This document shows, piece after piece, positions 28,333-37,519 of a DNA stretch of 64,000 bases. The position numbers and the translations under genes are program-made. Position 1 is the first letter of the stretch, and each line of letters begins with the position of its first letter. The notes beneath the pieces were generated by a model, which was given only the letters and a program-made list of their open reading frames with translations, did not search any database and had not been told where the DNA came from. Source of the DNA: an uncultured virus (IMG/VR IMGVR_UViG_3300012007_000017) (lineage: Duplodnaviria > Heunggongvirae > Uroviricota > Caudoviricetes); IMG/VR virus record IMGVR_UViG_3300012007_000017, positions 1 to 64,000 of that record; one strand, written 5' to 3'.

Positions 28333-28919
28333 TGGCAAACGAATATGCAAGTAAAGTTGTTCTCAGTAACGGCACAACAATCATCGACCTGACAGGGGAT
28401 ACGATCACCGCATCAGACCTTCTTACAGGGGTTACTGCACACGATAAGAGTGGTGCTACCATCACAGGAACATGCGCATATGATTCCGACACATCGGACG
28501 ACACGGCGGCAGTATCTGAAATCCTTGCTGGCAAGACCGCTCATGCTAGGGGTGCACTGCTCACTGGTACAATGGCGAACAACGGCGCACAGACAGGGAA
28601 CATTACCACCAAGGCTCAGCAGGTCACCATTGCACAGGGCTATCATGATGGTAGCGGCAAGATCGGCATTGCATCCGCAGAACAGGCGAAAATCATCGCT
28701 ACCAACATCAGGCAGGGTGTAACGATCCTTGGAGTTGAGGGAACAATGAGCGGCTCTGAGGGAGTCAATGCACAGGCAAAGAGCGCAACTCCGTCATGGA
28801 GTCAGCAGGTCATCTCTCCCGACACAGGGTATACGCATCTGTCACAGGTGACCGTAGCAGCTATCCCGATCGCTTACAGTGACAATGCCGCAGGTGGACA
28901 GACAGTTACCATCGGATAA
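28332..28919 (+). CDS. Tail fibre-like protein
   Basis: GKTA..G..LTGTM, GYHDGSG, NIRQGVTILGVEGT repeats. Confidence 0.6.
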   Translation: MANEYASKVVLSNGTTIIDLTGDTITASDLLTGVTAHDKSGATITGTCAYDSDTSDDTAAVSEILAGKTAHARGALLTGTMANNGAQTGNITTKAQQVTIAQGYHDGSGKIGIASAEQAKIIATNIRQGVTILGVEGTMSGSEGVNAQAKSATPSWSQQVISPDTGYTHLSQVTVAAIPIAYSDNAAGGQTVTIG

Positions 28920-28930
28920 GGTGGTGTGTT

Positions 28931-29761
28931 ATGCCTAATCCATATGTAAATAAGGTTGTGCAGTCAAATGGCACGACTCTAATAGATATATCCGACACTA
29001 CTGCCGTAGCGGCTGATGTGGCAAGCGGTAAGTATTTCTATCTTGCCACAGGCGAAAAAGTCGCAGGCACGAAAGCGGAAAAAACACTTGTGCAGAAGTC
29101 CATCACTCTCAATGGCACTTACGATCCTGACGATGATAATGCAGACGGCTATTCGGAAGTAACCGTTAATGTACAGGGCGGTGCAAGCATGGCAGAGGTT
29201 GCCAATACCTACGGCACAGAGTTGGTCATCACTTCCGCTCCTGGCTCTGCTCCATCAGCAACACGGCATACATTGTATTTCGAGTATGAGGATTCGACCA
29301 ATGAGACCGTCTACGCCTATTACGATGATCCATTCATCAGTAGTGCCATAACCGCAACGACACCAACCACACGGAGCAGTAAGACGGTCACAAGCGCACA
29401 ACTTGATGGAGTGGAATGGTACAGTTACACGCCTACGCCTAGCGGAAACTACGAAACAATCTATGACGGCACGGTTACGACCAACAACGGACAGGTTATA
29501 ATCAGCAGTTTGTCAGACTATTACTTTGCTCAAAACGAAACTTATCGTGTAACTATAGACGGAACGTCTTATATCTGTGAAACGACACCTTTGCAGGGCA
29601 GTGCTATTTTAGGTAACTATGATTTGTACAACGACATCACGGCAGAGGGTGATTATCCGTTCCTGTTCTTCAACGCCGGATGGGGTGGTGTATACGCTTA
29701 TCTCCAGAACGGCGGCAGTACTAATCACACTATCAAACTTGAGAAGCAAACATCGTCATAA
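28931..29761 (+). CDS. Tail fibre-like protein
   Basis: N-terminus paralogous to previous ORF (KVV.SNGTT.ID); Thr/Tyr rich. Confidence 0.55.
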   Translation: MPNPYVNKVVQSNGTTLIDISDTTAVAADVASGKYFYLATGEKVAGTKAEKTLVQKSITLNGTYDPDDDNADGYSEVTVNVQGGASMAEVANTYGTELVITSAPGSAPSATRHTLYFEYEDSTNETVYAYYDDPFISSAITATTPTTRSSKTVTSAQLDGVEWYSYTPTPSGNYETIYDGTVTTNNGQVIISSLSDYYFAQNETYRVTIDGTSYICETTPLQGSAILGNYDLYNDITAEGDYPFLFFNAGWGGVYAYLQNGGSTNHTIKLEKQTSS

Positions 29762-29773
29762 GGGGGTGATGAT

Positions 29774-30541
29774 ATGGGCGTAAACAAAATCACAATAGAT
29801 GGAGTGACCAAAATCAACCTCTTGAACACTGACATTGAGTCAGCCGCTGACATTCCCACAGGCAAACGTGGTTATCTCAAGACGGGAGAGTTGGTCACAG
29901 GAACGGGGGGCAACATGAGCAATCCATTAAATGGCAAAATCCTTGCGGTAACAGGGGATTCACTCTGCGCAGGAGTTGCGGTCGAGGGCGGTTATGCAAC
30001 GCTTATCGGCACAGACAACAACATGACCGTGCAAAACATTGCGGTCGGGGGCGGAACAGTAACCCCTGTCAGTGGTAAATTCTGCATCAGCACATCAATC
30101 CCAAATCTCAGAGCAGATGCGGATTACGTCATCCTTGAGGGTGGATGTAATGATGCGTGGGACGTAGTAACGGAAGGGACACTGACCACAGGTTTTGATG
30201 ACACACTTAACACAAACACATTCGCAGGCTCATTTGAGAAAATGCTGAAAGATACAATTGCAAGATTTCCTACTGCGAAACTTGGTTATATTTTCGCTCA
30301 TAAATGGGCGCCTCAGTGGGATTGCCGAAATCTCAACGGCAACTATCACGGCATTGCTAAAGCGGCTTGCGAAAAGTGGGGTATTCCGTATCTTGACCTT
30401 AATTCGCAAGCACCGCCGATTGGGTATCTTGCATCAATCTATGAGACTTACACGTATCAGAGCGACAGGATGCACCCTACAGAACAGGGTTACAGATTAT
30501 TCTACGTGCCCAAAATCACCGCATGGATGAAGACATTATGA
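29774..30541 (+). CDS. SGNH/GDSL hydrolase with tail-type N-terminus
   Basis: GDSL, GG.ND and DRMHP blocks. Confidence 0.85.
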   Translation: MGVNKITIDGVTKINLLNTDIESAADIPTGKRGYLKTGELVTGTGGNMSNPLNGKILAVTGDSLCAGVAVEGGYATLIGTDNNMTVQNIAVGGGTVTPVSGKFCISTSIPNLRADADYVILEGGCNDAWDVVTEGTLTTGFDDTLNTNTFAGSFEKMLKDTIARFPTAKLGYIFAHKWAPQWDCRNLNGNYHGIAKAACEKWGIPYLDLNSQAPPIGYLASIYETYTYQSDRMHPTEQGYRLFYVPKITAWMKTL

Positions 30542-30625
30542 CAACCATCAAAAAACTCTACGGCATCATATTCGTTCTGATATGGTCTGTGGTGGGATAT
30601 ATCGGAGAACATTGCAACTAATTAA

Positions 30626-30778
30626 CCGAGAGGGCAGTTTCTTGAGCGCGGCTGGATAACCAGAGATGAATACGAAACTATGCAGGAATTATATAAACCG
30701 TATGTTAAACTTGGCGGTAATGGTTCAGGCACGAAAATAATGAAAGAAATCGAAAATCTACCAATCCGAGATAAATAA
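30626..30778 (+). pseudogene. 3' remnant of a conserved holin-like/lysis-adjacent phage gene
   Basis: Frame reads ERGWITRDEYE...YKPYVKLGGNG...IENLPIRDK*; in-frame stop at 30623 and no N-terminal half. Confidence 0.55.
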
Positions 30779-30788
30779 CACATTTAAT

Positions 30789-31157
30789 ATGTATGTTTAC
30801 TATAACGCGAATCCTTCGGGTAAGGCTACGGGAGACTGCGTAATAAGGGCTATCTCCACAATTACAGGTCTTCCGTGGCGAACAGTTCATTGGGAACTTG
30901 CAACTCTCAGTAACGAAATGTACCAAATGATGGATGATAACGTAGTTTGGCATGAATATTTGCGCAGGCTCGGATTCGATATTCGTACGGTACAGCTTCC
31001 TTGCACTAAAGTTGCAGACTTTGGTAAATGCTTTCCACACGGCAAGTATATCCTTGGAACAGGAAAGCACGTTGTAGCAGTAATTGACGGCGATTATTTA
31101 GATACTTGGGACTCAGGTAACGAACTCGCCGTCTTTTATTGGAAGTTGGAGGAGTAA
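30789..31157 (+). CDS. Conserved phage protein, possible papain-like fold
   Basis: NP...GDCVIRAI, HVVAVIDG, DTWDS (Cys/His/Asp). Confidence 0.55.
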   Translation: MYVYYNANPSGKATGDCVIRAISTITGLPWRTVHWELATLSNEMYQMMDDNVVWHEYLRRLGFDIRTVQLPCTKVADFGKCFPHGKYILGTGKHVVAVIDGDYLDTWDSGNELAVFYWKLEE

Positions 31158-31266
31158 TAACTTCGGTGGCGGAATAGGTAGACGCTTAGGAACCATAAGA
31201 CGTTTCCGTACAGTTAACGGTGGAAAAGTATGTCATGCGAGGTGCAGATCCTTGCCCGAAGTTATT
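31156..31266 (+). ncRNA. tRNA-like element (non-canonical)
   Basis: Closing stem aataacttcgg/ccgaagttatt, D-arm tggcggaataggtagacgc, T-arm-like gcgaggtgcagatccttgc; aberrant anticodon region; no CCA. Confidence 0.6.
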
Positions 31267-31286
31267 TCATATAGAAAGGAGACAAA

Positions 31287-31619
31287 ATGCCAACTAACTA
31301 TAATCAGTATCAGATTCCCCAGACGATTACCATGTTTACGGTACACGGGGAAGAGGGAGCCAATGCTTTTCCGGTAGCTCCAGGTCAGAAGGTAACTCTT
31401 ATTGATGCTGATAATGCAGTAATTTATGTCAAAAGTACCAATCAATTTGGACAGGCTCTGCCGCTTGAGGTTTATGACATGGTATTCAGACAGCCTCCTC
31501 AGCCTGAAGTACCGTCGGCCAATTCTTCCATGAGCAAAGAGGAGATCATCAGCACTGTCAACGACGCGGTTAAGGCTGCGATGAAACATTATTTTCCTCA
31601 GATCAAAATTGACGCATAA
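31287..31619 (+). CDS. Hypothetical protein (VAPG..V.L.D family)
   Basis: ORF with strong RBS. Confidence 0.6.
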   Translation: MPTNYNQYQIPQTITMFTVHGEEGANAFPVAPGQKVTLIDADNAVIYVKSTNQFGQALPLEVYDMVFRQPPQPEVPSANSSMSKEEIISTVNDAVKAAMKHYFPQIKIDA

Positions 31620-31629
31620 GGAGCATAAC

Positions 31630-31833
31630 ATGACATTTACAGAAGCGTATCGCGAGATGCGGAACGGAAAGAAGATAACGCACGAAAAATTCCACGGCGG
31701 TTATTGGGCATGGGAAAACGAAACCATCATGATTCATTGCCATGACGGAAGAGTCCTTGATATTCGACAGACTGAGGATGTATCATTTACCTTTGGCTTT
31801 ATCACCGAAGGCAAGTGGGATGTAATCGCTTAA
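31630..31833 (+). CDS. DUF2829-like small protein
   Basis: MTF.EA...M..GKK... and terminal W.V pattern; family name from recall. Confidence 0.5.
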   Translation: MTFTEAYREMRNGKKITHEKFHGGYWAWENETIMIHCHDGRVLDIRQTEDVSFTFGFITEGKWDVIA

Positions 31834-31852
31834 AATGCATGGAGGTGATGAC

Positions 31853-32074
31853 ATGGCTAATCCTTTATTTGGAAATGGCGGTAACAATAACATATTTGCT
31901 CCGTTTGGCGGCGCTATGAACTTTATGAATCAGTTTAATCAGTTCCGGCAGGGTATTCAGGGCAACCCTCAGCAAATGGTTCAGAACATGCTTCAAAATG
32001 GACAGATGAGCCAGGAGCAGTTCAACCAGCTGAGCAACATGGCCAGCCAGATCATGCCGTTTATGCGACGGTAA
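31853..32074 (+). CDS. Gln/Asn-rich small protein
   Basis: NPLF...NQFNQF..GNPQQMVQ; RBS ggaggtg. Confidence 0.6.
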   Translation: MANPLFGNGGNNNIFAPFGGAMNFMNQFNQFRQGIQGNPQQMVQNMLQNGQMSQEQFNQLSNMASQIMPFMRR

Positions 32075-32184
32075 ATCTGTCATATTTGCGAAAGAGGGTG
32101 ATTCCGTTGAGCTAGGTTCACGTCTTTCGAACACAACTTCATATGGAACAACTACATTATATTTTTACTTAAGGAGGAAACAAT

Positions 32185-32948
32185 ATGTCTCTTACCGATA
32201 ATAACAACGGAATGGTTATGCCTGTGTCTCCTATGTATGGTAACGGCGGTTATGGAAACAGCTTTGGCTACGGCGGAGATGGACTGTTCTGGATCATCAT
32301 TCTGTTCCTCTTCGCGGCCATGAACGGTAACGGCTTTGGAGGATGGGGCGGTAACGCCGGTGGTGTTCTTCCCTTTATGATGAACCAGTCCGGGCAGAGC
32401 GAAGTCCAGCGCGTTGTTGATCAGCAGTCTGTAATGACCGGTATTTCCGCACTCAGCGCAGCCCAGGCTAACGGATTTGCCAATGCCGAGATCTCGAGAT
32501 GCAATGGTCTCTATAACCTTACAAGTCAGCTCAATAATATCGCTATGAATCAGCAGAATTGCTGCTGTGAGAACAGGGCTGCAGTGGCTGATCTGAAGTA
32601 CACGATGGCTCAGGAGGCGGCTGCTACAAGAGCTAACACTGACGCCAAGGTCCAGAACGTTATGGATAAGCTTTGCCAGCTCGAGTTGGATGGAATTAAG
32701 CAGAACTATGAGAACAGAATCGCTAACATGCAGAACACGATCGATTCCCTGCGCACCATGAACTCCAACGCGAGATTTGATGCTTCTCAGAACCTGCAGA
32801 CGGCTCAGATCGTAGCTGACAACGCAGCCCAGACAGCGGCCCTTGAGCAGTATCTGGCTCCTACGCCAAAACCTTGCTATNNNNNNNNNNCCAGAACCCT
32901 AACTGCTGTGCTCCCCAGACCTTTGGCTGCAATTGCGGTGTTGCCTGA
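32185..32948 (+). CDS. Gly/Asn-rich, Cys-tailed protein (spans the N gap)
   Basis: One TM stretch, CCCE motif; after the Ns another frame gives QNPNCCAPQTFGCNCGVA* ending at 32948. Confidence 0.6.
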
Positions 32949-32958
32949 GGAGGACTAG

Positions 32959-33351
32959 ATGGAAGATATTTTACAGTTTGTAGAGCAGTTTCATTTTCGT
33001 AATGAACTGTGGGTATTATTCATTCCGCTGGGGCTGATGGCGATCGACGTGCTTACAGGTATCATCAAAGCTTGGGCGCATAATGATTTCCAGTCTGCAA
33101 TTATGCGTGCGGGTCTTGCTAAGAAAGCTGGAGAGATCATGATTCTGGTGGTTGGAGAACTGATTTCATATGGCCTTATGCTTCCTAACGTGATCATGAA
33201 TTGCATCAGTTTCTACATTATATTTATGGAGATCATGTCAATTCTGGAGAACGCTGACGAACTTGGAATACCAGTTCCCAAGTTTGTCAGAGATGTCATT
33301 AACAATGTAGACGATACGCTCCAGAACGGAGATAAGAAAGAAGAGGAATAA
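32959..33351 (+). CDS. Holin (phage holin 4-like family)
   Basis: D.LTG..KA, S..MR.GL.KK, E..SI.EN...G.P.P motifs; TM helices. Confidence 0.85.
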   Translation: MEDILQFVEQFHFRNELWVLFIPLGLMAIDVLTGIIKAWAHNDFQSAIMRAGLAKKAGEIMILVVGELISYGLMLPNVIMNCISFYIIFMEIMSILENADELGIPVPKFVRDVINNVDDTLQNGDKKEEE

Positions 33352-33353
33352 AT

Positions 33354-33791
33354 ATGGCAGCAGAATATGGAAGTGTTCAGGATCAGACTGTCGAAGACAA
33401 CCAGAACGTGCTCTTCGATAATATTACTCCTTGCGCTAGGGGCTTAATTCTTCACGGTAATGGTTCTGGCATTTTTACCATTAAGCCTCAGGTCGCAAAC
33501 CCTTGCACAAGATATGTAAGGCTTCTTGCGCTGTATCATGCCAATGTAAGCATACCTGAAGGCGGCACACCCGGACCCATTTCATTTGCAATTTCCATTA
33601 ACGGAGAGGCCGACCAGACCGTTGTAGCTACGACAACTCCTACTGTGGCGGAAGCCCTGTTCAATATCAGTCTTGCAAAGCTCATAACGATTCCGGTTGG
33701 TTGCTGCACACAGATCGCGGTGAAGAACATTACGGGCGCTGCTGTTGATGTCAATAAACCTCACTTGATCATCATGCCGCCCACTAACTAA
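33354..33791 (+). CDS. Hypothetical beta-rich protein (BclA C-terminal-like?)
   Basis: GSGIFT, GCC motifs; fold is inference. Confidence 0.45.
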   Translation: MAAEYGSVQDQTVEDNQNVLFDNITPCARGLILHGNGSGIFTIKPQVANPCTRYVRLLALYHANVSIPEGGTPGPISFAISINGEADQTVVATTTPTVAEALFNISLAKLITIPVGCCTQIAVKNITGAAVDVNKPHLIIMPPTN

Positions 33792-33807
33792 GGGGAGGAA
33801 TTATATT

Positions 33808-34230
33808 ATGTCTATGACTCGTGAACAGATGAACACAATTACAGATTTTGTCGACCTCTTGTGCAAGCAGATCGATAAGATTAATAAGAAGGGCGACATT
33901 ACTCCCGATGAGCTGCAGCGCATGGATAAAGCAATCGATATCATTAAGGATTGCTCTGTTATCTGCGCTATGGAAGAGTACGGCAAGGATCCTGAGGAGG
34001 AGATGTATTCTTCTATGGGCTACTACGGGAGAAACTCAAGAACCCAGATGCCGATGTGGTCTTCTCAGGTTAGAGACTCTATGGGCCGCTACTCCTCTTC
34101 AATGGGATATTCCAGGGATGATGGAGCCAAGCAGACTATGCGACACGATCTGGAAATGAAACTTGCAAACGCACACAACGAAGAAGAGCGCCGTATGTAT
34201 ATGCGCATGATGGACGCTCTGAATGGATGA
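33808..34230 (+). CDS. Hypothetical protein with RDSMGRYS motif
   Basis: ORF with RBS. Confidence 0.55.
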   Translation: MSMTREQMNTITDFVDLLCKQIDKINKKGDITPDELQRMDKAIDIIKDCSVICAMEEYGKDPEEEMYSSMGYYGRNSRTQMPMWSSQVRDSMGRYSSSMGYSRDDGAKQTMRHDLEMKLANAHNEEERRMYMRMMDALNG

Positions 34231-34238
34231 GGTGAATT

Positions 34239-34424
34239 ATGGCTAACACAATTCTTGAAAAGCTGCAGGAGAAATATCCTAACGCTTCGGGTATCGATGA
34301 CGCAAGGAATATTGCTGAGGCTGTAGCATGTATCAACGGCACCGGCGGCAGAGGGGCCAATGCGATCGCTGATAAGTTCCCTGTAATAACGGAGGACGAG
34401 GAAGAAGAGCCCGCCGAACATTAA
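34239..34424 (+). CDS. Hypothetical protein
   Basis: ORF with RBS gaggtg. Confidence 0.5.
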   Translation: MANTILEKLQEKYPNASGIDDARNIAEAVACINGTGGRGANAIADKFPVITEDEEEEPAEH

Positions 34425-34476
34425 GAGTTGAACATCCCTGCTAGCACATGTTTAACAAATAAAAAGTGGAGACGTA

Positions 34477-34695
34477 TGGTCACGGAATTGGTCATGAGTA
34501 GTGGCTAAAGCTTATATTTATGGGCAATGTAAAGTGGGTTCGAATCCCGCTATCTCCACTCACACAAAATCACCCCTAGGCATCATCACCGGTGTCTAGG
34601 GGGCTTTCTTTATGCATTTCTGAGAAACACTTCTTACAAATGCTATTATTTTTTCAGTTTTGAGAACCTAATTTGTCACGAATTTGGTCACGGAA
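34477..34695. mobile_element. attP-like site: tRNA 3'-end core flanked by arm-type repeats
   Basis: gtgggttcgaatcccgctatctcca at 34534-34558; paired (g)gtcacg repeats at 34477-34497 and 34673-34695. Confidence 0.65.
34573..34603. terminator. Hairpin terminator between convergent genes
   Basis: cccctaggcatc...ggtgtctagggg. Confidence 0.65.
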
Positions 34696-34925
34696 TCGAA
34701 GTGATTTAGCGCCTTGTCCGTAAGAGCAGCAGTCTCATCAGATATGGTGTGGCGATAGACGTAGATAAGGACATCAGGAGTCGACCAACCACCTCGTTCC
34801 ATAATGTAGGCGTCTGGCAGTCCGTTGGCATGAAGCGAAGAGACACAATAATGACGAGTAGAATGGAAGCAGTAAACGTCTTCTAGTCCAACGCGCTGTT
34901 GCATACGCCTGAAGTAGTGGCTGCT
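34668..34925 (-). pseudogene. int: C-terminal fragment of tyrosine integrase
   Basis: FHSTRH (HxxR), RGGW, VYRH catalytic Tyr; only ~80 codons remain. Confidence 0.85.
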
Positions 34926-35005
34926 AGATAAAGTTAGGTGATGGTTATATTTTACAGGTTCTTAAATAGGAAACTTTACAACCTATTTTTCAAAGGAGGT
35001 ACAAA

Positions 35006-35209
35006 ATGACTGGAGCAGACAATATTCGTATCGCATTGGACAATTTGACGATGGCTGTACAAGAAAATAGCTATGGTGGCCTCGGCATAGAGGTCATTCA
35101 GAGTTTTGGAGAGCTATATTCGGCAATCGGAATCTATGCTATGGAGATGGAATCGCTCAAGAAAGAAAATGCCATGCTTAGGAAAATGTTAGTTGAGAAG
35201 TTTGGCTAA
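35006..35209 (+). CDS. Cassette gene, hypothetical
   Basis: Motif, RBS, ORF, hairpin 35217-35248. Confidence 0.7.
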   Translation: MTGADNIRIALDNLTMAVQENSYGGLGIEVIQSFGELYSAIGIYAMEMESLKKENAMLRKMLVEKFG

Positions 35210-35307
35210 TGTTGAGGAGAGTACCTGTAGAATCTTACTGGTACTCTCTGTTTTTCTTTTACAGGTCTTAATATAGCAATAATGCTGTTTAAGAAAGGAG
35301 TAAGAAA

Positions 35308-35619
35308 ATGAGTAATCTGAAAGATCAAACGAGTATAACCAAAAAGCATTACATAGCGGGGCTCTTTACCGGACTAGGCGCTGGCGAAGTGGAGCGGAGA
35401 AAACGGGCGGTCGAAATGTTGATTGCTGACAAGGCTGAAGACGTAGATCTTATTGAAACGTTCTATGCCAGAGTTGACATGGAAATCGTGGGGTTGAAGG
35501 CGGCACTTGAACAGAGCAAGTCTGCTGAAGAGGCAAAAGCATGGGCAAAAGATGTTCGGGAGATAATCGAAGATTCTGGATTTATAGAAGCTTATATTGA
35601 CGGCAAATTTGCTATCTGA
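35308..35619 (+). CDS. Cassette gene, hypothetical
   Basis: Motif, RBS, ORF, hairpin 35630-35657. Confidence 0.7.
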   Translation: MSNLKDQTSITKKHYIAGLFTGLGAGEVERRKRAVEMLIADKAEDVDLIETFYARVDMEIVGLKAALEQSKSAEEAKAWAKDVREIIEDSGFIEAYIDGKFAI

Positions 35620-35714
35620 TGAAAAGACGGAGGGTCGCCAAATTTACGGTGGCTCTCTGTTTTTCTTTTACAGCTCTTGTTATAGCAAACTGTGCTGTAG
35701 AGAAAGGAGACTAT

Positions 35715-35984
35715 ATGGTAATCGGTAGAGTTGAAAGAGGCGGAGACCTTGAGATTCTTAAAGATTGGGATCTGAATTTCGAGTTGATAGAAGACAAAGA
35801 CGACTATCTTATCGCTATGACTATAGGCGATAAAGATGAAGAGAACGGAATTGTCGTAACGATCAACGCTGTAGATTTCGATGAAATTAGAGAAACTCTC
35901 ATGTTGGTCCGTTCACAGATTAACAAGAAGATTATACAGAAAAGAAAACTGAATAGAGCATTAGATCGTGAATTTAAAGAATAA
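35715..35984 (+). CDS. Cassette gene, hypothetical (start 35715)
   Basis: RBS aaaggag; the upstream extension in the ORF track runs through a terminator and the motif. Confidence 0.7.
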   Translation: MVIGRVERGGDLEILKDWDLNFELIEDKDDYLIAMTIGDKDEENGIVVTINAVDFDEIRETLMLVRSQINKKIIQKRKLNRALDREFKE

Positions 35985-36129
35985 TATCGAGGAGGGTCAT
36001 TGTGAATTACAGTGGCTCTCCGTTTTTTCTTACAGTGGCTCTCCGTTTTTTTCTAATTTTAGGTGTACACAATTTACAACCATTATTATAGCAATAATGC
36101 TGATTCAATTTACTTAGGAGGAAAATGAA

Positions 36130-36498
36130 ATGAAGAAAATGTTTATGGCAGTAGTAGCAGTAGTTATGGCAATGGCAACCGCAATGCCGGTAATGGCAAA
36201 GGAGGCGGAAGAACCTGTCGTATTGGCTGAGACAACAACTGAATACACTTTCTCAGAGATCGTTGAAGAAATTGAATATTTGGACATTGAGGAGGACGGA
36301 GAAGTCAAGTCCGTAGTCAAGAATGTTGACTATGAGCGTGAAACGTACACTCTGATTGTCACATACAAAGAGACCAATGATGATGGATTCGATTGGGTTT
36401 CCGTAATAGTTGAAAACGGAATGGTCGAGATCCAGGGCAAAGGTCCCGGACAGATGGTGGCAGCAGAGTACGGCTACGAACAGTTCATGGAACAGTAA
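36130..36498 (+). CDS. Cassette gene, acidic exported protein with signal peptide
   Basis: MKK-hydrophobic-VMA signal peptide; Glu-rich mature part. Confidence 0.7.
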   Translation: MKKMFMAVVAVVMAMATAMPVMAKEAEEPVVLAETTTEYTFSEIVEEIEYLDIEEDGEVKSVVKNVDYERETYTLIVTYKETNDDGFDWVSVIVENGMVEIQGKGPGQMVAAEYGYEQFMEQ

Positions 36499-36612
36499 GA
36501 ATACGGAGTGAGGAGTTTAACCGCTCCTCCTCTTTTTTATTTTCAGGTGTACAAAATTTACAGCCCTTATTATAGAAAGAATACACCATTTAAATATAGG
36601 AGGTACAAAACA

Positions 36613-36717
36613 ATGTTAGGAATTATTGATATGGTGCTTGGAGTAGCACTTATTATGGTATTAGTAGCATTCCCGATTTATGTACTTACATGGGAGAAAA
36701 GGTGGAGAGAAAATTGA
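36613..36717 (+). CDS. Cassette gene, 34-aa membrane peptide
   Basis: RBS aggagg; single TM helix. Confidence 0.6.
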   Translation: MLGIIDMVLGVALIMVLVAFPIYVLTWEKRWREN

Positions 36718-36840
36718 ATATGGATAAAGAGAGCATCTAAGACAGGTGCTCTTCTTTTTTTCTAATTTTAGGTGTACACAATTTACAACCCTTATTATAG
36801 AAAGATTACACTAGATTTCTATCTATAAGGAGGCAATAAA

Positions 36841-37034
36841 ATGGCAATCATTATGTTAATCGTATGTGTTAGCTGCAGAATTATCATGGACGTTATTGAT
36901 ATTCAGGAGGCAAGAGCATGATTAAGTGGTTGAGGAATTTACTAAAACTGAATAAAAAGAAAGAAGAGAAACATGTAATAACTATCGATACCGTCTTAGA
37001 GTGGACGGTGTACATTGAGGAATTTGGAGCATAA
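36841..37034 (+). CDS. Two coupled micro-ORFs (36841-36921, 26 aa; 36918-37034, 38 aa)
   Basis: Each has aggagg RBS; ATGA overlap; not in ORF track. Confidence 0.55.
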
Positions 37035-37124
37035 TTTAGGGCTCCTATTCCTTTTATTTTTGCCATGTTTGCCTTTTACAGTTCTTATATTAGAAACAAC
37101 TAACCTTAAAGAAAGGAGAACAAT

Positions 37125-37448
37125 ATGAAAATGTTTAGAAAATGGGAATTAGTCGTTCAGGAATGTGCTCGCCAGGGCAAAGAAAGTGTGCTTGCACTGG
37201 TGACGTTGGACGCAATAGCAGCGATATTCACCGTAGGCGTTATCACCATTTTCAGCGCAATTGTAGAGGCTTTTATAGGCGCTCCCAATTGGCCTGAATT
37301 GGTGCTGGCCTGGTTGGTGGTATATATCGGATGCTTCAATGTAGTCATCGAAGCCACGGCATACGGATTATGCAGGGACGAGCTTGGATGTGACAACGAC
37401 TACATGATCAGAAAATATGTAAAAGAACGTTTTGATGAAGAGATTTGA
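37125..37448 (+). CDS. Cassette gene, two-TM membrane protein
   Basis: Motif, RBS, hydrophobic segments, hairpin 37460-37487. Confidence 0.7.
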   Translation: MKMFRKWELVVQECARQGKESVLALVTLDAIAAIFTVGVITIFSAIVEAFIGAPNWPELVLAWLVVYIGCFNVVIEATAYGLCRDELGCDNDYMIRKYVKERFDEEI

Positions 37449-37519
37449 AAGGAGGTTGTGAGAGGCGTCTATTACAGGCGCTTCTCTTTTTTCCTGATTA
37501 TATTCTACAGTTTTTATAG

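Noticed and set aside
25724..30541. Diversity-generating retroelement acting on tail fibres
   Set aside because: No reverse transcriptase and no TR/VR pair differing at adenines seen in this window
32881..32958. Apparent frameshift or odd C-terminus of ORF 32185
   Set aside because: Caused by a 10-N scaffold gap; another frame gives a natural Cys-rich end at 32948
34466..34560. Complete tRNA gene
   Set aside because: Only T-arm and acceptor 3' strand are convincing; no D or anticodon arm, so treated as att core
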